This document shows positions 51,101 to 64,000 of a DNA stretch of 64,000 nucleotides, piece after piece. How positions within the stretch are numbered: position 1 is the stretch's first letter; each line of letters starts with the position of its first letter. The notes beneath the pieces were generated by a model, which was given only the letters and a program-made list of their open reading frames with translations, was not told the DNA's origin and ran no database searches. The translations under genes and the position numbers were made by a program. This DNA comes from Phoronis australis (taxonomy: Eukaryota > Animalia > Phoronida): assembly GCA_002633005.1 (NCBI GenBank), contig NMRA01000585.1, positions 64,851 to 128,850 on the forward strand, read 5' to 3'.

Positions 51101-54100
51101 ACGCATCCGGCTACACGGCGACTAATAAGGGCCTTACCGAGACAAATGTCGAAAGTTTTTAGTACGAGACCGGCAAGTGCTGAATGAAACACGCTCTGGT
51201 TTAGGCCTACTGCTTGTGCAAATTTCGTTAGACACATCTAGCTAGTTAGATTGCGTGGCTCTGGCCAAAAGATGGTCTCTGCTTTGGCAAATGAACTCTG
51301 GTGACACGCACGCACTCGCTTACTCGCAGACGAACTGCAAAACAAACGTCACGTGACAACAACATGTGTGTTTGTTCAGACATTTTTCTCGCAGTGTTGC
51401 CGATCATACATGTAGATGGCACGATGTTGCACAGATTTGTACTTAAACCTGCCGTTAATCCAGACTCCACGGGAACTTAAAAAATCTTAGAGACGCTACT
51501 TATAAAACTTAATGAGGATTTCAGGTAATTTGCTTGAGTTGAAACCATTTTTATTCAAGCATTGAAGTCGCCATATCGAAGACGGCGATTTCGAGGCAGT
51601 CAGTCGGCGAGTTTTCGCCCTGGGATTTCAGCACAATTTTCTGTAAAATGATCGTAATTGATCGTAATTTAACAGCAAAGTTTGATAGCAAGGCACCACA
51701 GTTTTGTTGAAAGTCTTTCATAGATTACATATACGTCACAGAGCGTAAATTTGATGAATCTTAACTTCCGATTTCACCCGTTTTGGAGACCGGGTTTCAA
51801 CCGCCTTGGGTTATAATAAGCGCCCCCCCTGAACCGAACTTTTCTAAGCCCCCTGGCCGCTTATTACGACGAATACGGTAATTAAAGTTTTCTGGCAACA
51901 GACACATACAGGGTTGTGGATTTTGAGAACCAGTTGGGTGCCTGTTATTCAGTTGTGAAAGCTGGTTCTCAAAATTCTGGACTCCTATAAGTGACCATTA
52001 CCAGTTTTCTTTGGAGAGGAGTGACCATCCAAAATTTTCAAACATAAGCCATGGGCTTCATTTCAGAAAATTGTGTCGCCACAGTTGGAAATCTCCGCTT
52101 GCGTTGTGCTCAACAAACCTTGACGGGGTCCAGAACAACAGAATGAAACAGGCTGCCAGTGACGCTCTTGGCTATTGACTCAGCAGACATGCCGTGGAAC
52201 TCAGCGTGATTGGCGATACGAAACCATGTACCAAACAGTAGTGCCACCAGTTGTTGTGTTGGCTTGGGTAACTTGTTCATGGTTCTAGTGAATAAAATAG
52301 CACAACTGGCTGAGTTCAAATCAAAAATTCCCACAGGATTGGCAAAGGTGTAAATTCCAGGAATCGTAGTTTCGTCAAATGAGAACAAAAATAATTGCCA
52401 TAGCTGTCATTTTTCCAGTTTTCAGAAGTTGAAAAGTTCAATTAGAATAAAATTTCATTGGTCCACAATATTATGTTTTGAAATAATATCATTTCGCTTC
52501 CGTTTCATGCAACATCAGGTTTATCAGGACTATCATACATAAAATGTCCCATTATGCAATAGCCATTCATGCAAAAACGAACATTTTCAAAACAATTCGT
52601 ATACGAGTTCTGGAGAAATATGCATAATGCACAGTATGCATACTGTGCATACTATGCATAGCATGAGAGTATCGCAGGAAAATAAAACCAAAGTTCTGAA
52701 ATATGAAGTTGCATTTTTCTAAGGTACTAAATAACCCTCACTGGTTGCTGTTGTGATGTGATTCAAAGCCGCAAATCTAATGTGTTTTAGTTCAAATTTC
52801 ACGGCTTTGACTTCACATAATTATTGTTGTACGCAATTCTCAGTTGTAGGAAATAGTAATGACCACGTTTGTGGCATAGTCATGACATAGTCTGTTTCGT
52901 TACTTACTCGTTGACCACGTCATATCTCCGCAGTGGATGGTCATACTTCAGCGTGGTCAGCAATTCCTGTTCTAGATCTGGACCAAACAAACCGCCAGGT
53001 AGCTCCAAGAGAAATTTCTGCAATGAAATGCATGAAGTATTGCCATTAGGGATGGAATAGGGCTGCACATGACTACACTTACAGAGCAACTGCCTACAAC
53101 CGGCTGGTAATAACTCAACTGCAAAATGCTGGTAAAATCCAATGTCCTGTCCTTCCTGTTGACAGATTACAGGAAATTAACATTTAATTCAAGTCATTCC
53201 CAAGAAGGTGTTATTTGACACTTTTTACACATAACTCGTGGGTTTTGCTCCTCAAGTATCGCCGGTTCATTTAGGTGAATTATGTGCGTTTTACAACAGA
53301 AGGCAATAATCCAAACGTTATTTGCAAAATGGAATGAGTACAGTACAAAGGCGATTTCAGAAAAACATGTTTAGAGTGCAGAACAAACACTAGCGTGACC
53401 CGGTTCATGTTTTCATTACAGTTAGTCCATTCAGTTCTCACGTGGGTGCATTGGTGTAAAATACACAGCAGTATCTAATCCATCAACTGTCATCTCATCA
53501 AAACCCTTGGATCATGACACTTGAAACTCTGCACACTTTATGACAACCAACATTCCAATAACAACACACTTGATGAATAGTGTAATTTCCTACATTTTTA
53601 TGGCATTCCCAAGGCCAGCAGTGTACTAGCTAGACCCAACGGAGAAGAGATAATGGTACCCTGATCCAAGTGCACTTTAGAATGTAGGTCACAGCACTTT
53701 TAAACCTGACACTGGAGGGTGGAAGTAAACTAATGAATTAGAAGTGAATGTCCTGAAAGTGTTATGGCTTATTTACAGAAACAAAATGTTACCCATGGCA
53801 CACACGTCTTAAGTGGTGGCTACTGTTATCCATGACAGTATTATTCATGACAGTTACTCAGTGTTCCCCAGTGGACTCACAACGTAAAATTTTTTGAGGA
53901 CGCACAACGTTACGTCAGGGAAAAGGCAGACAACTCACAATACTTTTCATAGTATCAAAATGGAAAATTGATTATCAAGAAATGAAACGGATGATTTGTG
54001 TTTCTTTGGTTTTATTTGTTTCCTGTAACTTAACACTGTTGCATCCAAGATGATGCAGCCCTGAATTCAATGTGCAAATATGCAACTTTGGATGAGCATC

Positions 54101-57100
54101 GATTATTATTGCAATGATAAAAATCATAAACATCATTATCAGTATATAAAGAATGTGGGTAATGAAAACTGAGGGGTATTGTATCGAGATACGTGGTATG
54201 CAAGCCAGATTAAATGAGGGTAAAATCATATTTATCATGCGTACACAGCAGACTTGTTAAAAAGCGCATTTACCAAATCTATTGCTGGTGAGTACAGTGG
54301 TGGCAACACAGATGTTTCAGAGGATTTCAACGGCGGGCAGAAGTTTCTCCATTTACACTGGGATTGCAACTTTTTTGTTACGGGAAACTTGATTTGAGCA
54401 GGAATAAGAATGGAAATTGGAATATCCGGCAGCCATTAAAATGACAGAATGCCAACACAGTTGACTTGACAATTGATCGCTGTGGGATTTCAAGACATAC
54501 AAACTTTTCATAAACTTGCTTCAGGAACTTTTGATTGGTCTGTCACTCATTATTAGCAGACGACACAGACTACAGGCATTAGGTTTGCCTGAAATCTTGA
54601 GTACTAAGTTCACTAATTACATAAATAAAATCCTCATAAAAATCTCTAACATTTTAACTAATATGTATTTCTTTTGCTTGAAAGTTCTCAAAAGCTTTGC
54701 CCGCATAGGTGCGGGATGCTGTTTACCATGATCATGAGTCGCTCAATGGCCAACAGAGGCTACTGAAGTCATTTGTTTAAAAAATCGATTTCCCGTATTT
54801 TAATCTTTCATCCTAATTTTCATCAATTTGAAATAAATGTCTAAGCAAAAATTATCTTTGTACACTACTTGGCTTATTCTCGCGTATTACTGTTGCTTAG
54901 TTTTCCATTTTGTGAGAAGTAACACCAGTGCAGACATGGCAGTACATAAGTGACTATAAAAGCCTTCAGGTTCACAGGAATGAAATATTTACTGTAATTG
55001 CAAGTCATGTTGCCTGGCCTTCGATGGAGAATAATGACAGTTATGTGACATATGATACAACAAAAAAGTAATTCCACCTTGAGATAACGTACAATAAATT
55101 ATAATTGCTACTATTTAACGCGATCAAACAACACACCCCGCAAAACCAAGTCAAGAGGTTGGGAAGGTGCCAACAAAAGTAGCAAAAATAGATGTAATTC
55201 ACTATAGCTGCACTCAGTGACCACAACAATATGCGTTAGTAGAACCATACCAGTTCATTACCGACCACCTTACAGAATACAGAGACAAGACCTACCAAAG
55301 GTTCATTGTACTACAAAAAAAATTATATTAGGCCAAAAAGCAAAATTGACTTTCGTATTAGATACGTACACTGTACATAGTAAACAGGTGAATTTGCTAG
55401 AAATATGCATTCTGAGCAGTCGTTATCTAAATAATACCATACAGTCTACTCAGAGTGATGGCAAAAGTCCTAAACGTTATCAAACAAACATCTCCTGAGT
55501 GTAAATACTGTTCGTGTAGGACACAACATAAAAATGACGTAGGTTTGGAAATTTCTCAATTTTCGATGACTTTCTCAAAATAAAATACGGCACAAGTTGC
55601 ACAAGTTCCTACCTTGATTACGGACGAGAGGGTGTAAAAGTTAAAGCTGGTCCATGGCACAAATTTACCCTCCTGCATTCGCTTGCCAATTTTGCTAACA
55701 TCTTTTTTGTTGCCTGGGCGACGGAACACAGCAGGGGCAGTGACCCCCTCTTTGGCCACGTAAGCTATCAACTCCTGAAAGGTTAAGTTGATGGTTGTTA
55801 TAACACAGAATGAAAGGGGTCAAAGGGCGGGGCATGTTTTTAGAGGAATCTCCTTATTAATATCGACTGATAAGATCTGCTTGACGGATGGCTTCCTGGA
55901 ATATACCTATTCACTACAGTTTAGCAAGATCACTTCACGAGTGACTTAATTCAAAAACAGATTCATTGAATCCGTTCTAATGATGTCTGCTTATTACTAA
56001 GATATACTTGTTCAAATTCTGCGCTATATATTCATGAGTGTTCCGAAGAGCTAGAACAGAGTAAAACACCAGGTAAAAATACAGTCACTGACAGGCCTTC
56101 ATCTCGAGGGTGTGCGTGGGGTTTGAATGGACAACCTGGCTCAAATTTAGACACCCTAGTGAGGACACCCAGTTCAACATTTGGACACCCAAGAAGGAAG
56201 CGAGTAAGCATGCATCTCGGTTGACTTCCTAGCAGCAGCTCTAGGAGTTCATTGGACTGTCCAGAACAAAAAAATTGTCAATTATGTAAGCTACAATTTT
56301 TTAGTGTAGAACCATGTCTCTGCAGTAACATAACACACCATAACAGCAATTTAACTTGAGTCATAAAAATGCCGTCGCGCGTTACTGGTCATGGCAGAAA
56401 TTGGGAAACCCATTCTGGATGCCCTACTTTTGAAATCCTAGACGAACCCCTGGTCACTGATAGAAACACAGATGGCAAACAATGCAAAGTGACTTACAAT
56501 CAAGGGCCAAGGCAACTCATTGTCTTTGTACACTTGTACTAAAGGTACTCCAAATCGAATCCTGAAAGAAATACGCAGAGTTGCAGGAGTTGACGACGAG
56601 AAGTTTTACACCCTCTTAAGATCAAGTAAGACCTTACCAATATGTCTCTATTTAGCCAAATATCAAAAAACAACAGAAAAACAAAAAGTCTGTAAATATT
56701 CATTTTTCAGTCCACACCAATCTGTCAATTGGGTCCCCTGAACATGTCTTTTTAGTAACATTTAGCCAACAAAGTACACCCGTGGCAAATAAATGGAATA
56801 AATAACATGATAAATCCAATTTGATATAAATGTTTGCGATAAAATCTCGAAGTTTTCTAAAGAATCATTTCGTTTTCATTTTATACAACCATAAAAGTAC
56901 CTCATGCAAACATGACGCATTTTGTTAATAACAATTAATAACAGTGCACTGGAGAACATTGCCTGAAATACAGTATCTCACAGTTTCAAATAAAGCCAAT
57001 CAGCAATTTCAGAGATATGATATTCCAAAGTTTGCCAAATCTTGACATTTTTCTACAGTTCTACATAAACTTAATTCAATGCAGTGTACTGAGAACCTTT

Positions 57101-57936
57101 CTAAAGCGTGTGCTGTTAATGATGTGGAGATGACAATGTTTGCTGATTGGTGAAAATAGCAACATAACAGTTCCAGCTGTCACAGGTGCACAAGAGATGG
57201 AGAATGGATATATATCATGTATACATATGGAGCTGGCTCGTTTAACAAATTAAAACTTGTAGCAGACATGCATCTACTACAATAACTGCTGTGGAATATT
57301 ACACAAATCAGAATTGCAAGTTTTCAGTAAAATGAACATTGTGAAATGACCATCATGAGAATAAATATAAGTCCAAAAGTTTTGACTGAAATTGTAAAAT
57401 CAAAAAACCAAATGATTTTCTTAAAACACACAAAACAAGCTGAATTCACGTATTTTTGGAAACAATACAAACTGACACAGTCTGCATGTTGTGGAAGAAG
57501 CCCAAACTATGTTTGATTCTAGTCAGTGTATTTTGCTTCATGGCTTATCATGAACAACGACTGGTTGCATCAGACAAGGATTTCCAGCTTGTGATTGGTC
57601 AGACAAGGTTCGTCGGACTCATGAATGGTCATGGCCATCAACAGCGATATCATGTGAAATGTAGTAAAAGTCAAAGAGATCTGAAAACCACTTGCTTGAA
57701 ATAATACTTGACTGAAGACGACTTCAAATAATCAAATCAAGTATCAAATGACTTCCTGGAAAAAACGCACAGTATTTATCTCCCAAGTCTTACGAACGTG
57801 GCAGCAAAAATGAAGCAAAGCTAAGCACAGTTACTCACTTTGGTATTTTACCGCGGTGACGTCTCTGGTGGTCCAAAGCATCACCCGAACTGGACGCACA
57901 TCCCAGCGTGAAGAAACGTCGGATTACACTGGACAT
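39169..57936 (-). CDS. Rho GTPase-activating protein (N-terminal RhoGAP domain, Ser-rich tail), about 529 aa, 9 coding exons
   Basis: Exons 57936-57839, 56561-56498, 55774-55613, 53017-52908, 52284-52119, 49645-49477, 48197-48120, 45796-45636 (or its duplicate 41438-41278), 39750-39169 are phase-consistent (1590 nt). Motifs FGVPL, VFRRPG (arginine finger), SSVIKKFLLELPGGLF, KLPKP..LV.LL, MSAESIA...SLF, LVEFLIENY..MF. In-frame stops lie upstream of the ATG. Confidence 0.88.
40377..42876. repeat. 2.5-kb direct duplicate, copy 1, ending at the N at 42877
   Basis: Colinear with 44735-47221 with scattered SNPs and small indels; includes RhoGAP exon 41278-41438. Confidence 0.93.
42878..44734. mobile_element. 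Truncated TTAA-inserting (Kolobok-like) transposon; other end lost in the gap
   Basis: Ends ...GTGAGAGAAGGACT|TTAA exactly where similarity to copy 1 begins (copy 1 has an empty TTAA at 40377-40380). More CpG-rich than its flanks; subterminal ACTTCCGG and AAAATGGCGG motifs. Confidence 0.6.
44735..47221. repeat. 2.5-kb direct duplicate, copy 2
   Basis: Colinear with 40377-42876; includes RhoGAP exon 45636-45796. Confidence 0.93.
50461..51878. mobile_element. Tc1/mariner (pogo/Tigger-like) non-autonomous element
   Basis: TA TSDs at 50459-50460 and 51879-51880; TIRs CCGTATTCGCCATAATAACCGCCC / GGCCGCTTATTACGACGAATACGG (20/24); subterminal AATAAGCGCCC repeats near both ends. Confidence 0.85.
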
Positions 57937-60900
57937 GACGCCTAGCAGGTCATCTCTTCATCTTCAACCTGGAATAAATACTAACTTATCATACCTACAT
58001 CGTACTATATATTACCGCAAAGAGTAATACTTAGAAGTCCTCGCTCTTATAGGGTCAAATTTCACCAAGGATACAATATTGCAGACAAACAACATTTCAT
58101 TTCAAAATTCTTTCATAACACTTTTCAAGTTCAGTACAGTGGCTACAATGAGAGGATATTTTAATAATTTGAGAGAATTCTGAGAACGTGAGCAGCTTTC
58201 GAAAACTAAACAAGTTAAGTTTGTCAATTATTTTTGCCCGAAATTAGCGAGATTTTACCGCAAATTGTATTTCTTGAATTTGCTGTGCATTCCAGGTGTC
58301 CACAGTTTCTCTAAAAGTTCATGCACTAATATTCCATAAAAGACCAGTTCGCACTACACAGCAGCACGTCTATGGAAACTGTACGGATTAACAGAGGAAT
58401 TACCACACGTGCACTTCAGAAACACTTGGAGTAATAACAAATTGAACACATGACCCTGCACCAGCAAATAAACTTCTCCTACATACCAGCTTCACCACCA
58501 TCACCATGGCAACAAAAGACCTCTTTACCTGTGTCCTAACACAGGCTTTAACAGAATAACAATTAAGTTGGTGAAGACCACTCCTATGTATTCCTATCTA
58601 GAGCATAGTTTATACAACGACTGTCAGTACATTTCATTCAGTCACATGAACTGACCCATCAGGGGGTGTGCCGTATCTCAGCCAGCACAGCTTCCTGTTT
58701 CCTGTGTGAACAAAGCGACACAGACCACACTGGGTGAATGTTACCTAGTGCCCGACAATTACATTGTTGCGTAAAAAGTGCGTAGTTGAATAATAAGTGT
58801 GCAGTACTGACGCTGTTGAATGAGGGAGTAATTAGGGGCAGACTGTGGCAATATTGAGGCACAAGTGTCAGGAGTAATTGTACCGTGCATAACAGTTATC
58901 ATGCAAATTCATCAATTTAGTACCAAAACTTCCACTACAGAAACAGTAACTTGTCAGGAAAAGGTCATGGTCTCAGTTTTAGCAAAATAACTAAACTGTC
59001 AGCAGATAAAATTGATGATTTTAACGGAAGACCTACGCCACTGACCAATGCGAGCAAATATACAACGTACAACAGAACTTCATGGCACTCTCATTTAAGC
59101 AAATTCACTTCTGTACAACAACAATTTATCCGTGCAGTCTTTAAATATCACACAGTGAGCGCTAACTAGTCTAAACCAAAATCGGCAAGTCCAGACCATA
59201 ATCAGTCAAGTTAACGATGGAGACTGTTTCCGTTCAAGCAATTTCATTCAGTCCATAGTTTGTCTAATAAGGAACGGTAACTACCCGTACCTTGACTCCA
59301 CAAGATATCGTCATGAATTACAAGCGAAGCAGGTGACCAATGATCGCACAAGCTTCCTTTGCGAGGTTCTTGCATGAAGGAAAATAAGACGTTATTGTAA
59401 CCTAGTGACACAGGGGTTAATGTCACAGCTCCCCGGTTGTTGAAATTGTCATTAAAACTCTTCTCAACTGGATCGACAGAAGTCCATGCATGGGAAAGGG
59501 GACGGTGTATATTAATAGAACAGAGTTTCACTACACAGGAAGTTATGATATTTTGATACGAAATAGGTCGAACGAAGCCAGCTGGAGTCTTGGCATTCTG
59601 AATATGAAGCTGTCACAAAGAATCACATTAATTAATGTGCTTACATAAACGCACTTTAGATGATCGCTTACGCCTCGACCCCGCTTTGCATTTAGGCAGG
59701 CAGTTGACATGGAATAAGATGACTAGGCACAACCTGCATGCAGTGTTCTCCACAACATAAAATTCAAACTAGTCTTGAATTTCAAAATTCATGAACATGT
59801 TTTCAAATGTCAATGTTTATACTGTGGGGAGTTAGTATGTTAAGTCTTGAAATAAAGGCATTGAACTGGTACCAAAAGTTCAAAATCCCCTAATTTGCTT
59901 AGGAAATGACTTATCTCCCAATATTCCAAACTCGTTGCACAGGTTTTTAAACTTGACAGAAGTGCGCCAAACTCGTCAGAGTAAAATTCAAACTCCAACC
60001 TGTGACAAGTCAAAATAGGTTGTGGAAAACACTGGCATGTTACTTCAAGAACAGTGGCATAGGAACAGTGGTGTCATGTCAATTTCAGTTCACAAGCAGT
60101 GTTGCACTGGATTTGTGCCCTGTCAAAAGTGTTGCATAGACAGCACTTCAGACATAGCGTGAACAAAAATTCATCTGTTTAGGACAAATAGGTGAAATTT
60201 CATTTCTACCAAATGAACTTCATGAAGTTTTACTCTGCTGTTAGAATTTTCTGTTGATACAGGTATCACCAAACAGCCCCCCAGTTAATTTTCGTAACTG
60301 CATTGACGTGGTAAGAATTTGAAAGATAGAAAAATGTCAATTGCAACAATTATCTTCGCGCCAAATTCAAGAATTTTTACAGTTATACCTTTGGTCCATG
60401 CAGCAATCAAGAGACTTCAGTCGTCAAGGCAACAAGGTACACCTGCATCTAGATCGGTAATAAGGACCTGTAAATGAAACGTGATGATCTGAATAGTGTG
60501 ATGAGAACCCATTGCTAAGTAAGACACAACTGACTAGGTCTGGCCACATTCCTTCTCCAAGTAATGACTACAGGAAGTCTCGATTCATTTTGCACCCAAT
60601 ATGGCTGGCAATTGAATGAAATTTTGTGCTGACCAATTTCTCAACAAAAATAAATATTAAGAATTTTTTTGTACATCATTAGCTTGGTTAGTACAGTGTC
60701 AATGCCATGAAACAATATTCGCCAAAACTTCCATTGATTCCAGAAAGACAATCTGTCGTTGACAATGGTTATTTAGCCAATTATTTTGAGTAAAATTACA
60801 GAAGAATTACGGGACATTCAAAACTGAAACCAACATAATACCTGGGCAGTCAGAGAAATTGTGTGGCTGAGACAGTGCTACACAAATAAATAATTGACAC

Positions 60901-63900
60901 TAGAGTCATCTCCAATGTTGACTAAACCCTCCAAGGTAGGCAGAATGCCAAATTACGCACGGGTGAAAATTCCTAAGAAAGAGCGCACAACAGTCACTCA
61001 ACTTGGCAGCACAACGCCAATCACTGCTATGGGCGAGACCCTTAGGAAATGAGGGACAGAACATCAGATAAAGAAATTCATCAATTCCTGCAGAGCACCC
61101 TCTGTTGTTGGATGATAAGAATGTTGTGAGCCAACCAACAAGTTTTTATACAGCCAATGTCAGGGTGTGTTGATTAAGATTCTCTGGAAACTTCAGTCAT
61201 TGACACCACAGGTTTTCAATAAAACTAGCCGAATTTCCATTATTTTAACTTGGAATTTAAAGGCAGCAACACGAAATTACGAACATGGCATTTGAATGAG
61301 GATGTTCAGTCAAGACTAAAACATGTTCATGTATACTAAGTCACTAGAGTCTGACCTTCTGTAAACCTGCTTTAATAGAGATGGGTCAGGAAGTTGAGAT
61401 AACCTCATCTCCAAGTCATAACAAAATTGCACCCAATAAGAAAATTGCATAACATTCAGCAAGGAGTAATTTGCAAAGACTTTCTAGCCAGAAAAAGCCA
61501 ATAATTACCCATTTCACTGCTTGCAATGCATACAAATGTCAATCAGTGAGACAAGAACCATGGCACCAAGAGAAATGTTTCCTCCTGGTAATAAGTTTCC
61601 ACCACAAGGTGTTAGTGAAGTGATCTCTAGGCAATTTTTTGTACACGCTGCACATGACGAGAGTCCACGAGAAAACGAAAAAAATTACATTTGTCAAAAC
61701 AGGACAAGGCAAACAAGCTACGTCTGGGACTTTTTCAGGATTTGATGTGTGGAGAGCAGGCAAAATTTCACAGCAACTTCCAGATTCGAGAATGTCCAAC
61801 TTTTAGATTATTCGATATGAAACCAGTTAATGCTATGTAACACTATAGAAAAATGTCCAAATTTATCTAACTTCACAATGCCATATCTTAGAAGTGGCTT
61901 ATCAGATTTATATGAAATTTTCACAAACTATGCTTTATCCAAAATACTATTAAGAATGAAGACTTAAAATTCTTACTTAAACACCATTAGAAATTGTTTT
62001 TAAAATGTTCCACTTTTGCATGAGGGGCTACGAAAAATAGTACTTTCATGATTTTTTTGAAAAAACTAAAGTTACGTAAACAAAACCAAAATATTTCAGA
62101 GATTGCATCTAGAACAATTACATCAAATGAAATTTTATCATGTTAAAACACTGTTGTTTTGCTACAAATGGACCTTTTTGTTAAATTTTGCTATCAGACC
62201 AAGTCAAATCTAAAGGCTTTCTTCTTTCAGAATGTATTTACTTACACCTAGTTAAGTTTTAAAGCTTTGGTAAATTGCAAAGGTTTGTCAATAAGATACC
62301 ACATAATCTAACCAACCAGGTATTAACATTTGCCAAAATGTTGAAACAATTGTGGCATTTTCCATTAATTCCACAGGTACTGTTTTGTCCCTGTGAAATA
62401 TCACATAATAGTATCAAAAAGACAATGGTAGAATACTCATATGTACTGGCATAGATAAACACGGGAAGTTTATAGCTCTTCCCTCAGTTGCAACATGTTT
62501 CAATTTTACCTTTGCTTCCCTGTTCATCAAAAAGTGCCCTCAGTTCAGGCCCCCATCTCCCACTCCCCTTGGAACAATAACATATTTAGCTGCTCTGATG
62601 AATATCATGACCTGTACATCTGGTTCATTGAGTATGCAAGCTGTTGTTATCTACATGTTTTTCAACCATTTTCAACGAACCCATGTGAGCAATTCATAAA
62701 GGTAATGCGATTTTGTTTACACATTTGTACTTGTGCTACCAGGGTGTTATATAAAATTCACCAGTCTCTAGGCATTTTGTCAAAAAACATACTTTGTACA
62801 ATTGTATGAAATAGTTACTATGTAGCTTTTCACTATGTCACACTTCAGATCTGTTCATGGCTATATTAAAGAAAATTCTCAAACGATTAATACCTTGGCA
62901 TATTTTAGTAGTACCATAAGTCCACCGAGACTCAGACCTGCACAATAGCAGTAGCTGCATCATTGGCAAAAGGCTGTGAAATTGACTTTTTTCAAATTGC
63001 ATTATTCAGGTAAGACCTTTCAAGGACAGTCTGGTCTTGGTATTAACTACTAGCTTGATGGAGCATTGACCGTGCTCCATTTGGCAACCTGCAGCTCGCC
63101 AATACAACACAAGATAGTGTTTGACGATCACAAAGTCGCCACAGCAAGTATCAAAGTCAGAAATAATTCTTCCGAAATTCGTTTCAAAGTTTTTGGCGAC
63201 TTCTACACTTTAAATTACTAACAGTTTTCCTGGATTTAATACGTTATGAGCGGTTGTCAGTTCACAAGCATTTGGTGACACCACAGTTAACTTGTGGGCT
63301 CCGTTTTAAAAGGAGAAATTGGACTACAGTGTGATCGGATGATGAGAATCTATCGCGCAAAAGACTTTCCAATCTACGTATTTATCTATCGCATTTTGAG
63401 GCTAGCTTTCAATATGTTTTTCTATAATTGATATTTGCACCAAAAAGCATTGTTCATTGGACCTGTGGTCTCAATTCTCTATCAAACAAGTGACAACTGA
63501 CAAGTGCTTTATTTTCTCATATTTTTTACATGTCACCAACTACTCTGCGAGGTCACTCAGTGTTTACAAGTCAACAACCATCCCGCAACACAATCGCAAA
63601 ACGTTAACAGCACAGCGGCTAAAATTTCTTGATTAGACTGGTACCATATAGCAGCTATCAGAATAAACAAGTATTTGCAAATCATATTGGCAAGCAGTTC
63701 ATTATAAAAATAGTTCAAATCAGATGTTTAACCAAAAGACATTTTCTCAGTCTCCCTGTCCCGAGCAGCAACTTTTTGAAGCCATGGCTCATATAGCATG
63801 AAAACTAGTAGTCAGAACATGGGAAAATATTTTAAGTTCATTAAATAATCGCATCAAAATTTTAGTAAGCATTTTAAAATGCGCATACAAAAGACCAGTT

Positions 63901-64000
63901 TTGATGCATGGGAGAGCAGAGGTACGCTGTGCTCCATTCCATAGCACCACTTGCCTTTGGAAACACCTTCTGAATCCATTAAGGTCATAAAACAGGTCAT

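Noticed and set aside
58000-64000. Short ORFs upstream of the RhoGAP start
   Set aside because: No coherent exon chain or domains; most consistent with 5' intron or upstream sequence. No tRNA, rRNA or snoRNA was recognisable.

Overview
Eukaryotic, intron-rich, AT-rich animal DNA. The repeat families suggest a marine invertebrate such as a mollusc, but that is inference. Four spliced protein-coding genes can be rebuilt with phase-consistent GT-AG junctions: a bestrophin channel (+, 9 coding exons, 691-8589), a single-coding-exon TPBG/5T4-like LRR membrane protein (-, 12807-13949), a 10-finger C2H2 zinc-finger protein (+, 13 coding exons, 18434-33836) and a RhoGAP-domain protein (-, 9 coding exons, 39169-57936). 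Introns and intergenic DNA hold many non-autonomous DNA transposons with readable ends: two hAT-like MITEs with 6-bp TSDs, foldback MITEs, two Helentron-associated (HINE-like) elements, a THAP-carrying Kolobok-like element, a P-like MITE and a pogo/Tigger-like element. The most intriguing signal is that the HINE internal repeats carry CTCF-like motifs about every 145-167 bp. A 2.5-kb duplication next to an N at 42877 is most likely two haplotypes assembled in tandem, one carrying a TTAA insertion. Most short ORFs in the supplied track are spurious. All coordinates were read by eye and no database searches were run.
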